From Octopus sinensis (Eukaryota): a stretch of DNA of 64,000 nt. The notes below the pieces were generated by a model. That model was not told where the DNA came from, searched no databases, and worked only from the letters and a program-made list of their open reading frames with translations. Below, piece after piece: positions 48,392-60,417 of the stretch (position 1 is the first letter of the stretch; each line of letters starts with the position of its first letter). Both the position numbers and the translations under genes were made by a program. The DNA is taken from positions 98,146,001 through 98,210,000 of the forward strand of contig NC_043002.1 in the NCBI RefSeq assembly GCF_006345805.1, written 5' to 3'.

Positions 48392-48972
48392 CAGTGCTCC
48401 GCAACCGGTATGCCGCGACGGAGGGGCAATGGCCCAGTGGTTAGGGCAGCGGACTCGCGGTCGTAGGATCGCGGTTTCGATTCCCAGACCGGGCGTTGTG
48501 AGTGTTAATTGAGCGAAAACACCTAAAAGCTCCACGAGGCTCCGGCAGGGAATGGTGGTGATCCCTGCTGTACTCTTTCACCACAACTTTCTCTCACTCT
48601 TACTTCCTGTTTCTGTTGTACCTGTATTTCAAAGGGCCGGCCTTGTCACTCTCTGTGTCACGCTGAATATCCCCGAGAACTACGTTAAGGGTACACGTGT
48701 CTGTGGAGTGCTCAGCCACTTACACGTTAATTTCACGAGCAGGCTGTTCCGTTGATTCGGATCAACCGGAACCCTCATCCTCGTAACCGACGGAGTGCTT
48801 CCATGCCGCGACACATTGATGTTCTACAAGACGATGCTAGGAGTGCCGCGGTGTAACCTGAATATAATTTTTTTTCTCCTAGAATTTTAGTTATATTTTT
48901 AGTTCATGTGCGTCGCTGAATTTTGAAAAGAATACAAGCATACCGCAAGTGAAAAAAGGTTGCGAAGCATTG
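48392..48972. mobile_element. hAT (Charlie-like) MITE with a SINE-B insertion
   Basis: TIRs cagtgctccgcaacc / ggttgcgaagcattg; perfect 8-bp TSD gtatagac (48384-48391, 48973-48980). Confidence 0.9.
48420..48802 (+). mobile_element. SINE family B, full length
   Basis: 10-bp TSD atgccgcgac at 48410-48419 and 48803-48812. Confidence 0.95.
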
Positions 48973-49129
48973 GTATAGACCAAAGGTTCTGAACCGGAAT
49001 CAATATGGCCCTTAAAAATCCATATAAGATGTTGTTGTTAAAATTTATGTGCAAGAAAATAGATGCACTTTTAAAATACACAAAATATTCCAGCAATTTG
49101 TCATACAAGTCCTAATAATATTTATTCAG

Positions 49130-49313
49130 GCATATGAGTGGCTGTGTGGTAAGTAGCTTGCTTACGAATCACATGGTTCTGGGATCAGTCGCACTGTGTG
49201 GCACCTTGGGCAAGTGTCTTCTACTATAACCTCGGGCCGACCAAAGCCTTGTGAGTGGATTTGGTAGACGGAAACTAAAAGAAGCCCATCGTTTATATGT
49301 ATATATATGTGTA

Positions 49314-49348
<35 letters not shown>

Positions 49349-49553
49349 ATGTTTGCATGTCTGTGTTTTTCACCCCAACATCGCTTTACAACCGATACTG
49401 GTGTGTTTACGTCCCCGTAACTTAGCAGTTCGGCAAAAGAGACCGATTGAATAAGTACTGGGTTTACAAATAATATGTCCGGGGGTCGATTTGCTCGACT
49501 AAAGACGGTGCTCCAGCATGGCCGCAGTCAAGTGACTGAAACAAGTAAAAGAG
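49130..49553 (+). mobile_element. SINE family A, full length
   Basis: All modules present. Confidence 0.92.
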
Positions 49554-49828
49554 TATATAAAAGGAGTTTTTAGACATCAAATTTTTATGCGGGCCTCCCA
49601 TCACACTCTCGAGAAAAACAGGAATTAAAGGGGTCCATAGGTGAAAAGTGTTTGATAATCACTGGTATAGATTAAAGGCATAAAGAAATGCAAATACTCA
49701 CGCAGAAATAAATGTCAGCGGGGAACGTCCAGTCGTTACTTGGTTTTAACATCTGCGCACTTCCCCCCACTATCTGATGTCGCGGGGTCAGAAGTGAGGG
49801 CTGGTGGCATTTGATAAAGCTATCGAAT

Positions 49829-49900
49829 ATAGCGCTGATGACGGAATTCAAACTCCCCTTTTTTTATATGTTTGTGATCCAGAAACACCGTGTTCGCTAT
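49829..49900 (+). ncRNA. Type-I hammerhead ribozyme motif (one stem-II mismatch)
   Basis: ATAGCG CUGAUGA cgga..ucca GAA ACAC-C-GUGU U CGCUAU. 6-bp stem I, near-palindromic stem III, GUU triplet; the first stem-II pair is C.A. Confidence 0.7.
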
Positions 49901-50083
49901 TAACGGTAAGTGACTGAATTCGTATATTTGCCACTCCGGTTTTGTGTATGTGAGCCGCAAGGGCCTTCGTTTTTTGGAATCTCCACTTATAGAAATGGAA
50001 AAAACGGTCTTTGACTGCCATTTCTAATTCCTTCGGTATGAGGCGAAACAGCTTGCTGCTAGCCAACTTATTTTTCTTTACTA

Positions 50084-50115
<32 letters not shown>

Positions 50116-50345
50116 TGTGATCTCTTGAGCACCACCAGCAAAAATATTTTTTTCCTCTGTCTTCCCTTCTCAGGATCTTTCCTTCTCCTTGTTTCCGACG
50201 AAGAGCTCCGCTCGAAACGTTAAACCCTCCTTCCCTTCTTTCCTGAGCGTCAAATAACACTTTAATTGTTCCACGTCCTCGCGTTGCTGTGTTTTTTTCT
50301 CTTTTTTTCTGTGTTTTCTTGTTTGGATTAACTATATATATATAT
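50116..50345 (+). mobile_element. Penelope-LTR-like terminal repeat with variant hammerhead-like motif, (TA)n-flanked
   Basis: GUUU CCGACGA A GAGC-UCC-GCUC GAA ACGU U AAAC (50191-50225); the 3' part matches 14437-14507. Confidence 0.6.
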
Positions 50346-50374
50346 AGTTATGTGTATCCTTGTGTCTCTGTTTT

Positions 50375-50570
50375 CCCCCACCCCACCTCATCACTTGACA
50401 ACCAGCGTTGGTGTGTTTACATCCCTGTAACTTAGCGGTTCGGCAGAAGAGACCGATAGGTAAGTACCAGGCTTACAAACAACAAATGCAAGGGTCGATT
50501 TCTTCGACTAAAAGGTAGTGCTCCAGCATGACCCCAGTCAAATGACTGAAACAAGTAAAAGAATAAATAG
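50375..50570 (+). mobile_element. SINE family A, 3' half
   Basis: cttgacaacc..cttagcggttcggc..aaatgactgaaacaagtaaaagaa. Confidence 0.85.
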
Positions 50571-50932
50571 ACACTAAGGTGTAGACGCTATGACCGTAGT
50601 AGTGAAAAGCCGAACGCTGGTATCTCAGTATGACAAAAGAAAGGAAAAGACTATATATATATATATATATATCTAATGAAGGATAAAATTTCCTTCGAAA
50701 AAAATATCCTTTTCCCAAAAAAAAAATAAAAATCTTATCAATGGCCAGCATATCAAAAAATACCTTTAAAGATTAAATCTATAAACAATTCATAATTAAG
50801 GGCAAATGAAAAAATTTCTAATGCCAGATATGCCGAAAAATTGAACATATTGTCCATTAACCATATAATTTTTTCACAATATGCACGCTACTCGAAAAAA
50901 GGTCGACAGAAATTTCTAAAACATTCCATTAT

Positions 50933-50990
50933 TACCATATCGGACCGATTTCAGGGTTAGCTTATAACAGCCCTCCCTTCGTCAGTGATA
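50933..50990 (-). ncRNA. Type-I hammerhead ribozyme motif
   Basis: UAUCA CUGACGA AGGG-18nt-CCCU GAA AUCGG-U-CCGAU A UGGUA. 5-bp stem I, 4-bp stem II, near-palindromic stem III, AUA triplet. Confidence 0.65.
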
Positions 50991-51041
50991 CATGTGGCAA
51001 AAAGAAATAAATGAGATACTTACTCATACCCATGTATAATG

Positions 51042-52270
51042 TTAGGTTGGCAACTAAGTTCCCGCCGTTTTTTTAAAATTTAAGCTTTTTAAAAGGTTTA
51101 ATAAAAAAGAGCAACTAATTAATCAATAATGTATTCACCCTTGTTGTTTACAACTTCTTCCCAACGTTCAATAAGATTTTCAATACCTCGTTGGTAGAAA
51201 TCACCCGATTTCGACTCGAAAAATTGATCCAACCAAGCTCTCAATTCTGCATCAGTATTGAACGAAACTCCCGCGCATATCATTTAAAAGAGATCGAAAG
51301 AGGTGGAAATCCGTTGGTTCCAAATTAGAAGAGTACGGCGAGTGTGGCAGCCCTTCCCAGCCATGCGTTTGAATAGCATCCTTGGTCATATTGGCGATAT
51401 GTGGGCGGGCGTTGTCGTGCAAAAGGAAAACTCCATGCTGACGATTAGGTCCTTTCTCGTGAATAGCCGTGTTGAGTCGTTCCAGCTGTTGAACATAGAG
51501 TTCTGCGTTGAACGTTTGGTTCCGTTCAAGCAATTCGTAATGGATAATCCCTTCCTAGTCACACCATACGTACAACATCGTTTTACGCGGATGAAGATCT
51601 TGTTTCACGCGCGGTGTCGCTTGTTTACCAAGGCTAAGCCATTCTTTACGTTGCTTCATATTAATATACAGGCACCATTTTTAGTCTCCAGTAATGATTC
51701 TGTAAAGAAATCGTTGTGTGTGTCCATGAGTTGAGCGGTGTGGAGTAAGCAAACCAGCGGAGATTGCGGCTCGTCACTTTTTGTTGTTGTCACTTAAAGC
51801 ATGCGGAACCCATGCTCCATACTTCTGAACATTTCCCATCAAGTGAAGATTCTTCTCTATGCCAGTTCCCTTGTCGTTTGACGAGAATTTTCGTGCAAAA
51901 GTCGGTTTAATCGCTCTTCATCGAACTCAATTGGATGGCCAGAACGATGTGCGTCTTTGAGGTAAAAATTTCCATTTTTGAGCTTGGCATACCAATCACG
52001 AGCGGTTATTACATCTATAGCACCCACTCCATACAGAGCACATATGTCGTGAGCAGCTTTTGCTGCCTTAGAACCTTGATTAAAAGCAAAAAGAAGGAAG
52101 TGTCGAAATGCTCGTTTTTCTTAACTTGACATACCATTTTAAAGATCTGAAAATAAAATTAACTAAAATTAACTAGAAAAAGAAAAAACAAAACAGATTC
52201 CAAAATTATTCAAAAATAGAATTCGCGAAAAAAATAAATTCCAAAATTTAAAAGAAAATAAGCGCGGGCC
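51042..52270 (-). pseudogene. Mariner (DD34D) transposon remnant
   Basis: Transposase remnant about 51119-52137: LLFAFNQG..AKLKNGNF; LLHDNARPH; PHSPYSSNLEPTDFHLFRSL; FYQRGIENLIERWEEVV. TIR ttaggttggcaactaagttcccgccg at 51042; the other TIR is truncated. Confidence 0.9.
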
Positions 52271-52283
52271 GTATATATATATA

Positions 52284-52330
<47 letters not shown>

Positions 52331-53479
52331 TATAGATATATATATTTGTATATATGTACATATATATATATATGTATATGTATATATATATAGTTATATT
52401 TCGAGATGGTCGTTTTCAATTTTTCTCTTTCAAAACAAATTCATAACGTATATATATATATATATATAATACATATGTCTGTGTGTATGTGCGTGTGTGT
52501 TTGTGTTTGTGTGTATACATGTGTATGTATTAATGCACGCATGCAAGTATGCATGTACGCATATTCGCATGTATGCATTCCTGAATGTATGAATACATAT
52601 ATATACATACATATTATATATATGTATGTATATATATATATATATATATAGGTAAACAGTAAAAATAATTACAGACATGGACAAGAACATGAAACACCAC
52701 AGAGACGACACAAGAACCACAGGACGGACATTCGAAGCCCTCAGTCATCAGTCAAGAACCAGATCATCTTAGCAATTTCGGCTGATTACTCTTGAGATTG
52801 CTCCGATATGGCCACCCGCCAAGGGAAATCTAAGCCAGCGCATTAGATCCCCTGGAAGAAAGCTTCGAATGTATACAACACGAGGACGGAAAACGAACGA
52901 AGTACACGAACAAAAATACAGAATACGTGACACCAATAATATATTATAATATATATATATATAATAGTATATATATTATATATATATATTATATAATTAT
53001 TACATTATATAAAAGGCTTAGTAAAATAAATTACTTTGCCGCATACTGAACCCATTAGAAATAGCAGCTAAAAAAAAAAAAAAAAAACTTTTCTAGAACT
53101 ATTTCCAATACTTAAAGAAATTATAATGTTAAAATTATATATATATATATAAACTTACTTGGAGAAGAGAAACGACGCGTGCGTTCGGTGTCTTTTTCTT
53201 TCTTTTGTCATATTGTGACACTAGCCTTCGGCTTTTCACACTGCCATCGGTCATGGCATCCACACCTCGGTGTGCTAGAGAGGGAGAGAAAAAGAGGGAG
53301 AGAGAAAGGGAGAGAAGAAATAGGGAGACTGGAAAGAAAGAAAGAGATAAAAGAGAAAAATGGAGAGAGAAAATAGAGAAATAGAAAGAGAGAAAACAGA
53401 GAGAGAGGAAGAAAAGAGAGAGAGAGGGGGAGAAAGAGAGAGAGAGAGAAGGAAAGATAGATAGAGAGATAGAGATAGA

Positions 53480-53518
<39 letters not shown>

Positions 53519-53789
53519 GATGTATGCGAATAGGTCACGCTATCTCCGATATATGATTTACTTTAAAAAATGATATCCACGTGAAGGAAATTATAAAATA
53601 TTACTCGTAATTTTTCTTCTTGAAATAATTTCGTTTGGAGTATTCCCAGAATTTAAAATTCAGAAATTTAAGAAATCTAATGCGTTCTTTTTTTTGTCTT
53701 TGTTTTTTTTTTTGTTGATGTAATGAAGGAGAAAAAATCCGCATGGGAGTTTGTATATACACACATATACAAACACCCACACACATATG

Positions 53790-54960
53790 CATGCAGGCAT
53801 GTGTGTATGTGTGAGTGTGTGTATGTGTATGTGTGTGTGTGTGTATGTGTGAATGTGTGTGCGTGAATGTGTGTGTGTATGTGTGTGTGTATGTGTGAAT
53901 GTGTGTGTGTGTGTATGTGTGTGTGTATGTGTGAATGTGTATGTGTGTGTGTGTGTGTGAGGTGTTGTGTATGTGTAGGTGTGTGTGTGTGTTATGGTGT
54001 ATTGTGTGTATGTGTGAATGTGGTGTGTGTGTGTGTGTATGTTAATGTGTGTGAATGTGTGTTGTGTGTATGTGTGTGTGTTATTGTGAAGTGTGTGTGT
54101 GTATGTGTGTGTATGTGTGAATGTTATGTGTGTGTGTGAATGTGTGTGTGTATGTGTATGTGTGTGTATGTGTGAATGTGTGTGTGTATGTGTGAATGTG
54201 TGTGCGTGAATGTGTGTGTGTATGTGTGTGTGTATGTGTGAATGTGTGTGTGTGTGTATCTGTGTGTGTATGTGTGAATGTGTATGTGTGTGTGTGTGTG
54301 TGTGTGTATTTGTGAATGTGTGTGTGTGTGTGTGAGTGTGTATGTGTGTGTATGGCTGAGAGAGAGAGAGAGAAATTAGAGAGTGGGGTGGGATGTGGGC
54401 ACATTCTGCACCTGTGAAACTTATATATGCATACATATACATTCTGACAAATTTATACACACACGGATAGATATGTAGATAGAGAGAGAGAAGAGAGAGA
54501 AAAGAGAGAGAGAGAGGGGGGTAGAGAGAGCGCGAAAGACAGACAGACAGTGATACATAGATATCTGTGTACGTGTGTGTGCACGCGTGCGTATGCATGC
54601 ATGCATGTATGTTTGTGTATGAACGTATGCATGTAACTATATGAGTGAGTGGGCGTGTGAGGGAGAGAAAGAAAGTGTGTATGTGTGTGTGTGTATGTGT
54701 GTGTGTATGTGTGAATGTGTGTGTGTGTGTGTATGTGTGTGTGTATGTGTGAGTGTGTATGTGTGTGTGTGTATTTGTGAATGTGTGTGTGTGTGTGTGA
54801 GTGTGTGTATGTGTATGTGTGTGTGTGTATGTGGTATGTGTGTGTATGTGTGAATGTGTGTGTGTGTGTATGTGGTATGTGTGTGTATGTGTGAATGTGT
54901 GTGTGTGTGTATGTGTGAATGTGTGTGCGTGTATGCGTGTTTGTGTGTGTGAGTGCGTGC
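53790..54960. repeat. Two (TG)-rich compound arrays with a recurring tgtgaatg motif, separated by (GA)n and unique DNA
   Basis: Directly visible. Confidence 0.9.
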
Positions 54961-55833
54961 TCGCGTGCGTACGTGTCGGTATTCATATTTATATTTGTAC
55001 ATATTTTCATAAAGAAATATCTCTGCCCATCGCAATTCTATATAGACCAAGTAACAATTTTTCGTACTTCCATGACCCGGTTATAAATTTCGGGAATTTA
55101 TAGATCCATCTTAGCACATAATTACAGTAATGGAGAAAAATGATTGGAGCAGACAATCAAAATCTCATGGGAAATTCCTCAACATGGACACGACATGGCT
55201 TCAGTACACATGGTCATTAGCGCCGCTTGATTAGGAACACTTTCAGAAATGCGAGTATGCACACCACATATGCTCAAATCCTAGTGAATATTCGAAAGTG
55301 CACGTGTGTAAGCATATGTGCGCGTGTGTGGGTGCATGTTTGGGCTTTCATAAATGTAAGTATGGAAGTACATTAGTGACGAATCATTAATAATCGTAAA
55401 GAATAACACTCTGGTGTGATGGTATTTAATTGGTGTGTATGTATATATATCTCTGTGGGCTTGTTTGTGATTGTAGCTCGGTAAATATTCGTATATATAA
55501 GCGAGTATGTGTACGAACATGCGTGTGTGTATGTATATATATATATGTGTGTGCATATATAAACTCACATACACACATATATAGAGAGAGATATATAAAT
55601 ATAAAGATATATAGATAGAGGGAGATATATAGAGAGAGAGAGAGCGAAAGACAGACAGACAGGCAGGCAGGCAGACAGACAGTGATACATAGATATCTGT
55701 GTACGTGTGTGTGCGCGCCTTCGTATGTTTGTTTGTGTATATATGTATGTAATACATATATAGAGATATAAATATATAAATATCGATACATGTATGCATG
55801 TATATTTATACGTGTGAGTGTACATATATATTA

Positions 55834-56229
55834 CTAGCAGTATCGCCCGGCGTTGCTCGGGTTTGTAAGGGAAATAACTATATAAGCATTTTTAGAGAGT
55901 TATAGCCCAAAATAGCAAAAAAATGCATTAAAAATGGAAAAAAAATTATGGTAAATTTTTTTTTAAATCGTTGACTCATCGTAGACATTTTTAGAGAGTT
56001 ACTTCCCTTATATAATAGCGAAAAAATGCATTAAAATGCAAAAAATGAGGGTAAATTGTTTTTTAAATCGTAGACACATCGTAGACGCGCGCTAATACCC
56101 AGAAGGGCTCGATATGAATCACGACTATAAGATACCCGGTTTTGGTTAAACAGCACCGCAAAATGTGGGAGTAGTTAGGAATCTAAATCGTAGGAGACAG
56201 ACACACAACTTCTCTTTTATATATAAAGA
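55834..56229 (-). mobile_element. Non-autonomous Helitron (short variant)
   Basis: Same termini as, and nearly identical to, 29594-29993. Confidence 0.88.
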
Positions 56230-56869
56230 TATGTATGTGTGTATCTATATCTATATGAGATATGCGTTTATCAAGGCATAATAATGAAGAAAATAAAGTT
56301 ACATATCTTTAAAATTTATTTCATAAAGACATTTTCTTCGTATTACATTTCGAACGTGTTTCCGTTGAATAAGTGTCTTATGAAATAGTTTTGTACCTTT
56401 AATTGGTTTATATCAGCCTTAAAAGTTGACAATCCTATTCGCCATGCGAAACACCGATGCGAGTGGAGTTCACTTTAGCCACCCTTTTCCATCTCACATT
56501 CATTGAACTACGGTCTTGCTGGGGCAACGCTTTGAAGGGTTTATTCGAATGAATTGAATCCAGTATTTGTTTTATACTAAAGCCTGTTGCCTATTCTTTT
56601 GGTTGCTTTACCATTACTGCTAGGTTACAAGGACATAAGAAAAAGGAAACAATCACTGGTTTTCAAGTGGTAGTTGGGGATAAAACACAGACACAAACAC
56701 AGACACATATGGCAGGCTTCCTTGCAGTTTCCATCAACCAAGTTCCTTAACAAGACACTGGTCGTCGCGGAACTACATAATAGAAGGCACTTGCGCAAGA
56801 TGCTGTAGGACTGAATCCAAAACCACATGGTTGCAAAGCAAATTTCTAAACCACACAGACATGGTTATA

Positions 56870-58208
56870 TACGAGGCGGTACCCAAAAGAAACCGGAATT
56901 TTGCAATATTATTTTATTCACTCAGTTTTACATGTTTACACTTTAATCCCCTTCAACATATTCTCCATTTGTGGAGGCGCAATGGCCCAGTGGTTAGGGC
57001 AGCGGACTCGCGGTCATAGGATCGCGGTTTCGATTCCCAGACCGGGCGTTGTGAGTGTTTATTGAGCGAAAACACCTAAAAGCTCCACGAGGCTCCGGCA
57101 GGGAATGGTGGTGATCCCTGCTGTACTCTTTCACCACAACTTTCTCTCACTCTTACTTTCTGTTTCTGTTGTACCTGTATTTCAAAGGGCCGGCCTTGTC
57201 ACTCTCTGTGTCACGCTGAATATCCCCAAGAACTACGTTAAGGGTGCACGTGTCTGTGGAGTGCTCAGCCACTTACACGTTAATTTTACGAGCAGGCTGT
57301 TCCGTTGATTCGGATCAACCGGAACCCTCATCGTCGTAACCGACGGAGTGCTTCCACCATTCTCCATTTGAAGCAATGCATCGATCCAGACGCGTTTTCC
57401 ACTATTCGATGCAGTGCTGGAATTCTTGCAAAGTGATGCTTTTTAACGCCTCCGTAGTTTTTTGGGATTTTTTCTGTTTTTTTCTCCTCATCTTTTTCAC
57501 ATCTGCAAAATTCCGAAGCATCCGATTTCGTCACTAGTGATAACCTTCGAAAAGAGGTCCAGATCAACTTCCAATTGTTCTTTCAGTTCTCGAAACGCAT
57601 TCAGTCGTGTCTGCTATTGATCTGCCGTGAGCAAGCGAGGCGCAGATTTTGCTGTAACTCTTTTCATTTGCAATCCCTCTCTCAGCATTCGTTGGTTGGA
57701 GCCCCAGGATACATCAATCATATCAACAAGTTCGTCAATTGTTCGGTGATGGTCAAACAAGATCAGTTCATGAATTTTCATGAGGTTTTCATTCGTTCGG
57801 AAGGTCGAGGAGGAATGCCCTGAACGAGATTGGTCATCAAGCGACAAGTAACTATTTTTCAAGCGTGAAAACCATTCGTAAACTTGCGTTTTGCTCATGG
57901 CACAAGGTTCTTGTAAGCTGTCTGAAGTATGACGACTGTTTCAGCTGCCGTTTTTCGCTGCAGAAACAGAATTCCACGGAAATACATTGTTCTGTTGTTG
58001 TACCCATCGCAAAAATTTAAAGGAATGGGGAGAAGCACTGCAAAACAAAGATGCACCAGTTAGCAGTACAACAACTTCACTCGACGGTGCCGGTCTGCTT
58101 ACTGGTGCCTGAGGGTCGCATCAAGTGGCTTCTGGCAGTAGAAGCCTAAACTACAATGGCCTTGTCCCACAGACGACGTTTCCGGTTAATTATGGGTACC
58201 TTCTCGTA
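56870..58208 (-). mobile_element. Internally deleted mariner with both TIRs and a SINE-B insertion
   Basis: TIRs tacgaggcggtacccaaaagaaaccggaa / ttccggttaattatgggtaccttctcgta, TA flanks. HTH-region MSKTQVYEWFSRLK..SLDDQSRSG..MKRVTAKSAPRLLT; the catalytic C-terminus is missing. Confidence 0.88.
56972..57358 (+). mobile_element. SINE family B, full length
   Basis: 12-bp TSD attctccatttg at 56960-56971 and 57359-57370. Confidence 0.95.
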
Positions 58209-58219
58209 TATATGCATCA

Positions 58220-58450
58220 TATACATACATACATACAATACATACATACATACATACATACATACATACATACATACATTTATACATACATACATACATA
58301 CATACATACATTTATTCATACATACATACATACATACATTTATACATACAAACATACATTTATACATACATACATACATTTATACATACATACATACATA
58401 CATACATACATACATACATACATACATGCATACATACATACATACATACA
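58220..58450. repeat. (CATA)n microsatellite
   Basis: Directly visible. Confidence 0.95.
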
Positions 58451-58479
58451 TGATAGATCGCTAGTCACTACACACATTT

Positions 58480-58605
58480 TTTCTCTCCTTGTTTCTTTCT
58501 GTGTTCCTTTCTGTGGAAGAGCGTAGGCTCTAAAACGTTATACTAATATATCTGCTTGTTTTATACACCACCTGTCTTCGTCTTTTTTGTGAATTCTCCC
58601 TATAC
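58480..58605 (+). mobile_element. Penelope-LTR-like terminal fragment with decayed hammerhead-like motif
   Basis: ctgtgga a GAGC-gtag-GCTC taaaacgtta (58511-58540), the same architecture as 50195-50221; the end cacctgtcttcg..ttttgt matches 33535-33580. Confidence 0.5.
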
Positions 58606-59183
58606 ATATATATATTATATATATATATATATATATAATATATATCATTATTCTTTTCATTTATATAAAAACAAGTATTGACTGCTTAAAGAACTCACTA
58701 ATGTGTAGAATCAGGCATTTATTATAGTATAATTGCCGGTGACTTCAGAGTTTTGACATTTATGTGTCTTAATCAAACCGTTTGAATACGACACACATTT
58801 GGAAAAACTTCGAACTCACTATCAGTAATATTCTAACATATATGTGTGTGTATCCGTGTGTGAGAGTGTGTATGCGCATGTGTGTGTGGTGTGTGTGTGT
58901 GTGTGTGAGTGTGTGAGTGAATGAGTGAGTGCGCTTGCGCGTCAGCAGTTTATCCGTACATACATATTTTGCCTTCCGTCTTTGACGATAAATATATGAA
59001 CATATTTGTATAAATGGCTGTGTGTGATCATTTCCGCATGTGTCCTTACAAGGGAGAGAGGGGAAGGAGAAAGGAGGACGAGAGAAGAGGATGAGGAGAG
59101 AGGTGGGGGTAAAGGGAGAGATGGAGATGAGAGAATATGGGAGGAGATGGTATGTGTGCATATACATACACACATACATACAT

Positions 59184-59214
<31 letters not shown>

Positions 59215-59229
59215 ACACACACACACACA

Positions 59230-59308
<79 letters not shown>

Positions 59309-59569
59309 GGTTATATTTAGGTTTAGTGTGTCTGTAGTTCAATAAAAGTAGAATTATGTTTGTCTGCAAAGAGCAAAATAGGGCGCGAAATCTGGCAATG
59401 TGTTTTCATTTTTACATATTATACACACACATACGCGCACACACATACAGTCACACATTGATACAAACATATGCAAGATATATAGGCGCGCGGGCGTGTG
59501 TGCAAGTATGCATGTATACATGCATGAATGTGTGTGTGTATATATATATATATGATATATATATATATA

Positions 59570-59622
<53 letters not shown>

Positions 59623-59689
59623 TATATATAGATGTATTACAGATCCGTTTATGTGTACTTATAAATATATATTATAATGCACATATGTG

Positions 59690-59850
59690 AAGGCGCGTGC
59701 CTCACTGGTTAAAGCGTCAGGCTCACACTCACGAAGTAGTGAGTTCGGTTTCCGGACCAGGCTACGTGTTGTGTTCCTGAACAAGACGCTTTATTTTACA
59801 TTGCTCCATTTTACTCAGTTGCAGAAATGAGTTGCGATAAGCTATTGCAG
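59690..59850 (+). mobile_element. tRNA-headed SINE with CORE/V-like central block
   Basis: ctggttaaagcg..gagttcggtttcc head, then gtgttcctgaacaagacgctttatttt..ttgctccattttactcagttgcagaaatgag. Confidence 0.55.
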
Positions 59851-59921
59851 CCTTTACATTTCCATGGTCATTCATTAACGATGGGGTCGTCTTTGTCTTA
59901 CATATCCGTATATGTGTACAT

Positions 59922-60125
59922 TTTTTTGTTTCAGTCATTTGACTGCGGCCATGCTGGATCACCGCCTTTAGATAAACAAATCGACCCCCAAGACTTATTC
60001 TTTCTAAACCTAGTTCTTATTCTATCGCGCTCTTTTACCGAACCGCTAAGTTACGGAGACATAAACACACCAACATCGGTTGTCATGCGATGGTGGGTTG
60101 ACAAGCACAGACACACAAACATACT

Positions 60126-60167
<42 letters not shown>

Positions 60168-60392
60168 CACACACACACACACATATGCACACACAAACAC
60201 ACGCACACACACACATATATATATACGACAGGCTTCTTTTCAGTTTCCGTCTACCATATCCACTCACAAGTCTTTGGTCGGCCCGAAGCTATAGTAGAAG
60301 ACACTTGCCCAAGGTACCACGCAATGGGATGCGAACCCCGGAAATCTGTGGTCGGTAAGCAAGCTACTTACCACACAGCTACTCCTGCGCCT
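59922..60392 (-). mobile_element. SINE family A, full length
   Basis: All modules present in reverse complement; long internal (CA)n. Confidence 0.92.
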
Positions 60393-60417
60393 ATATACAT
60401 TGCTTACATATCCATAT

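Noticed and set aside
52700-52760. CTGATGA on the minus strand in a (TA)n-flanked repeat
   Set aside because: Followed by ctgagggcttcGAAT with no convincing stem II or GAAA; not scored as a hammerhead.
53150-53280. Perfect donor CAA|GTAAGT on the minus strand
   Set aside because: The upstream sequence is a dispersed repeat also at 50570-50652; no ORF support.
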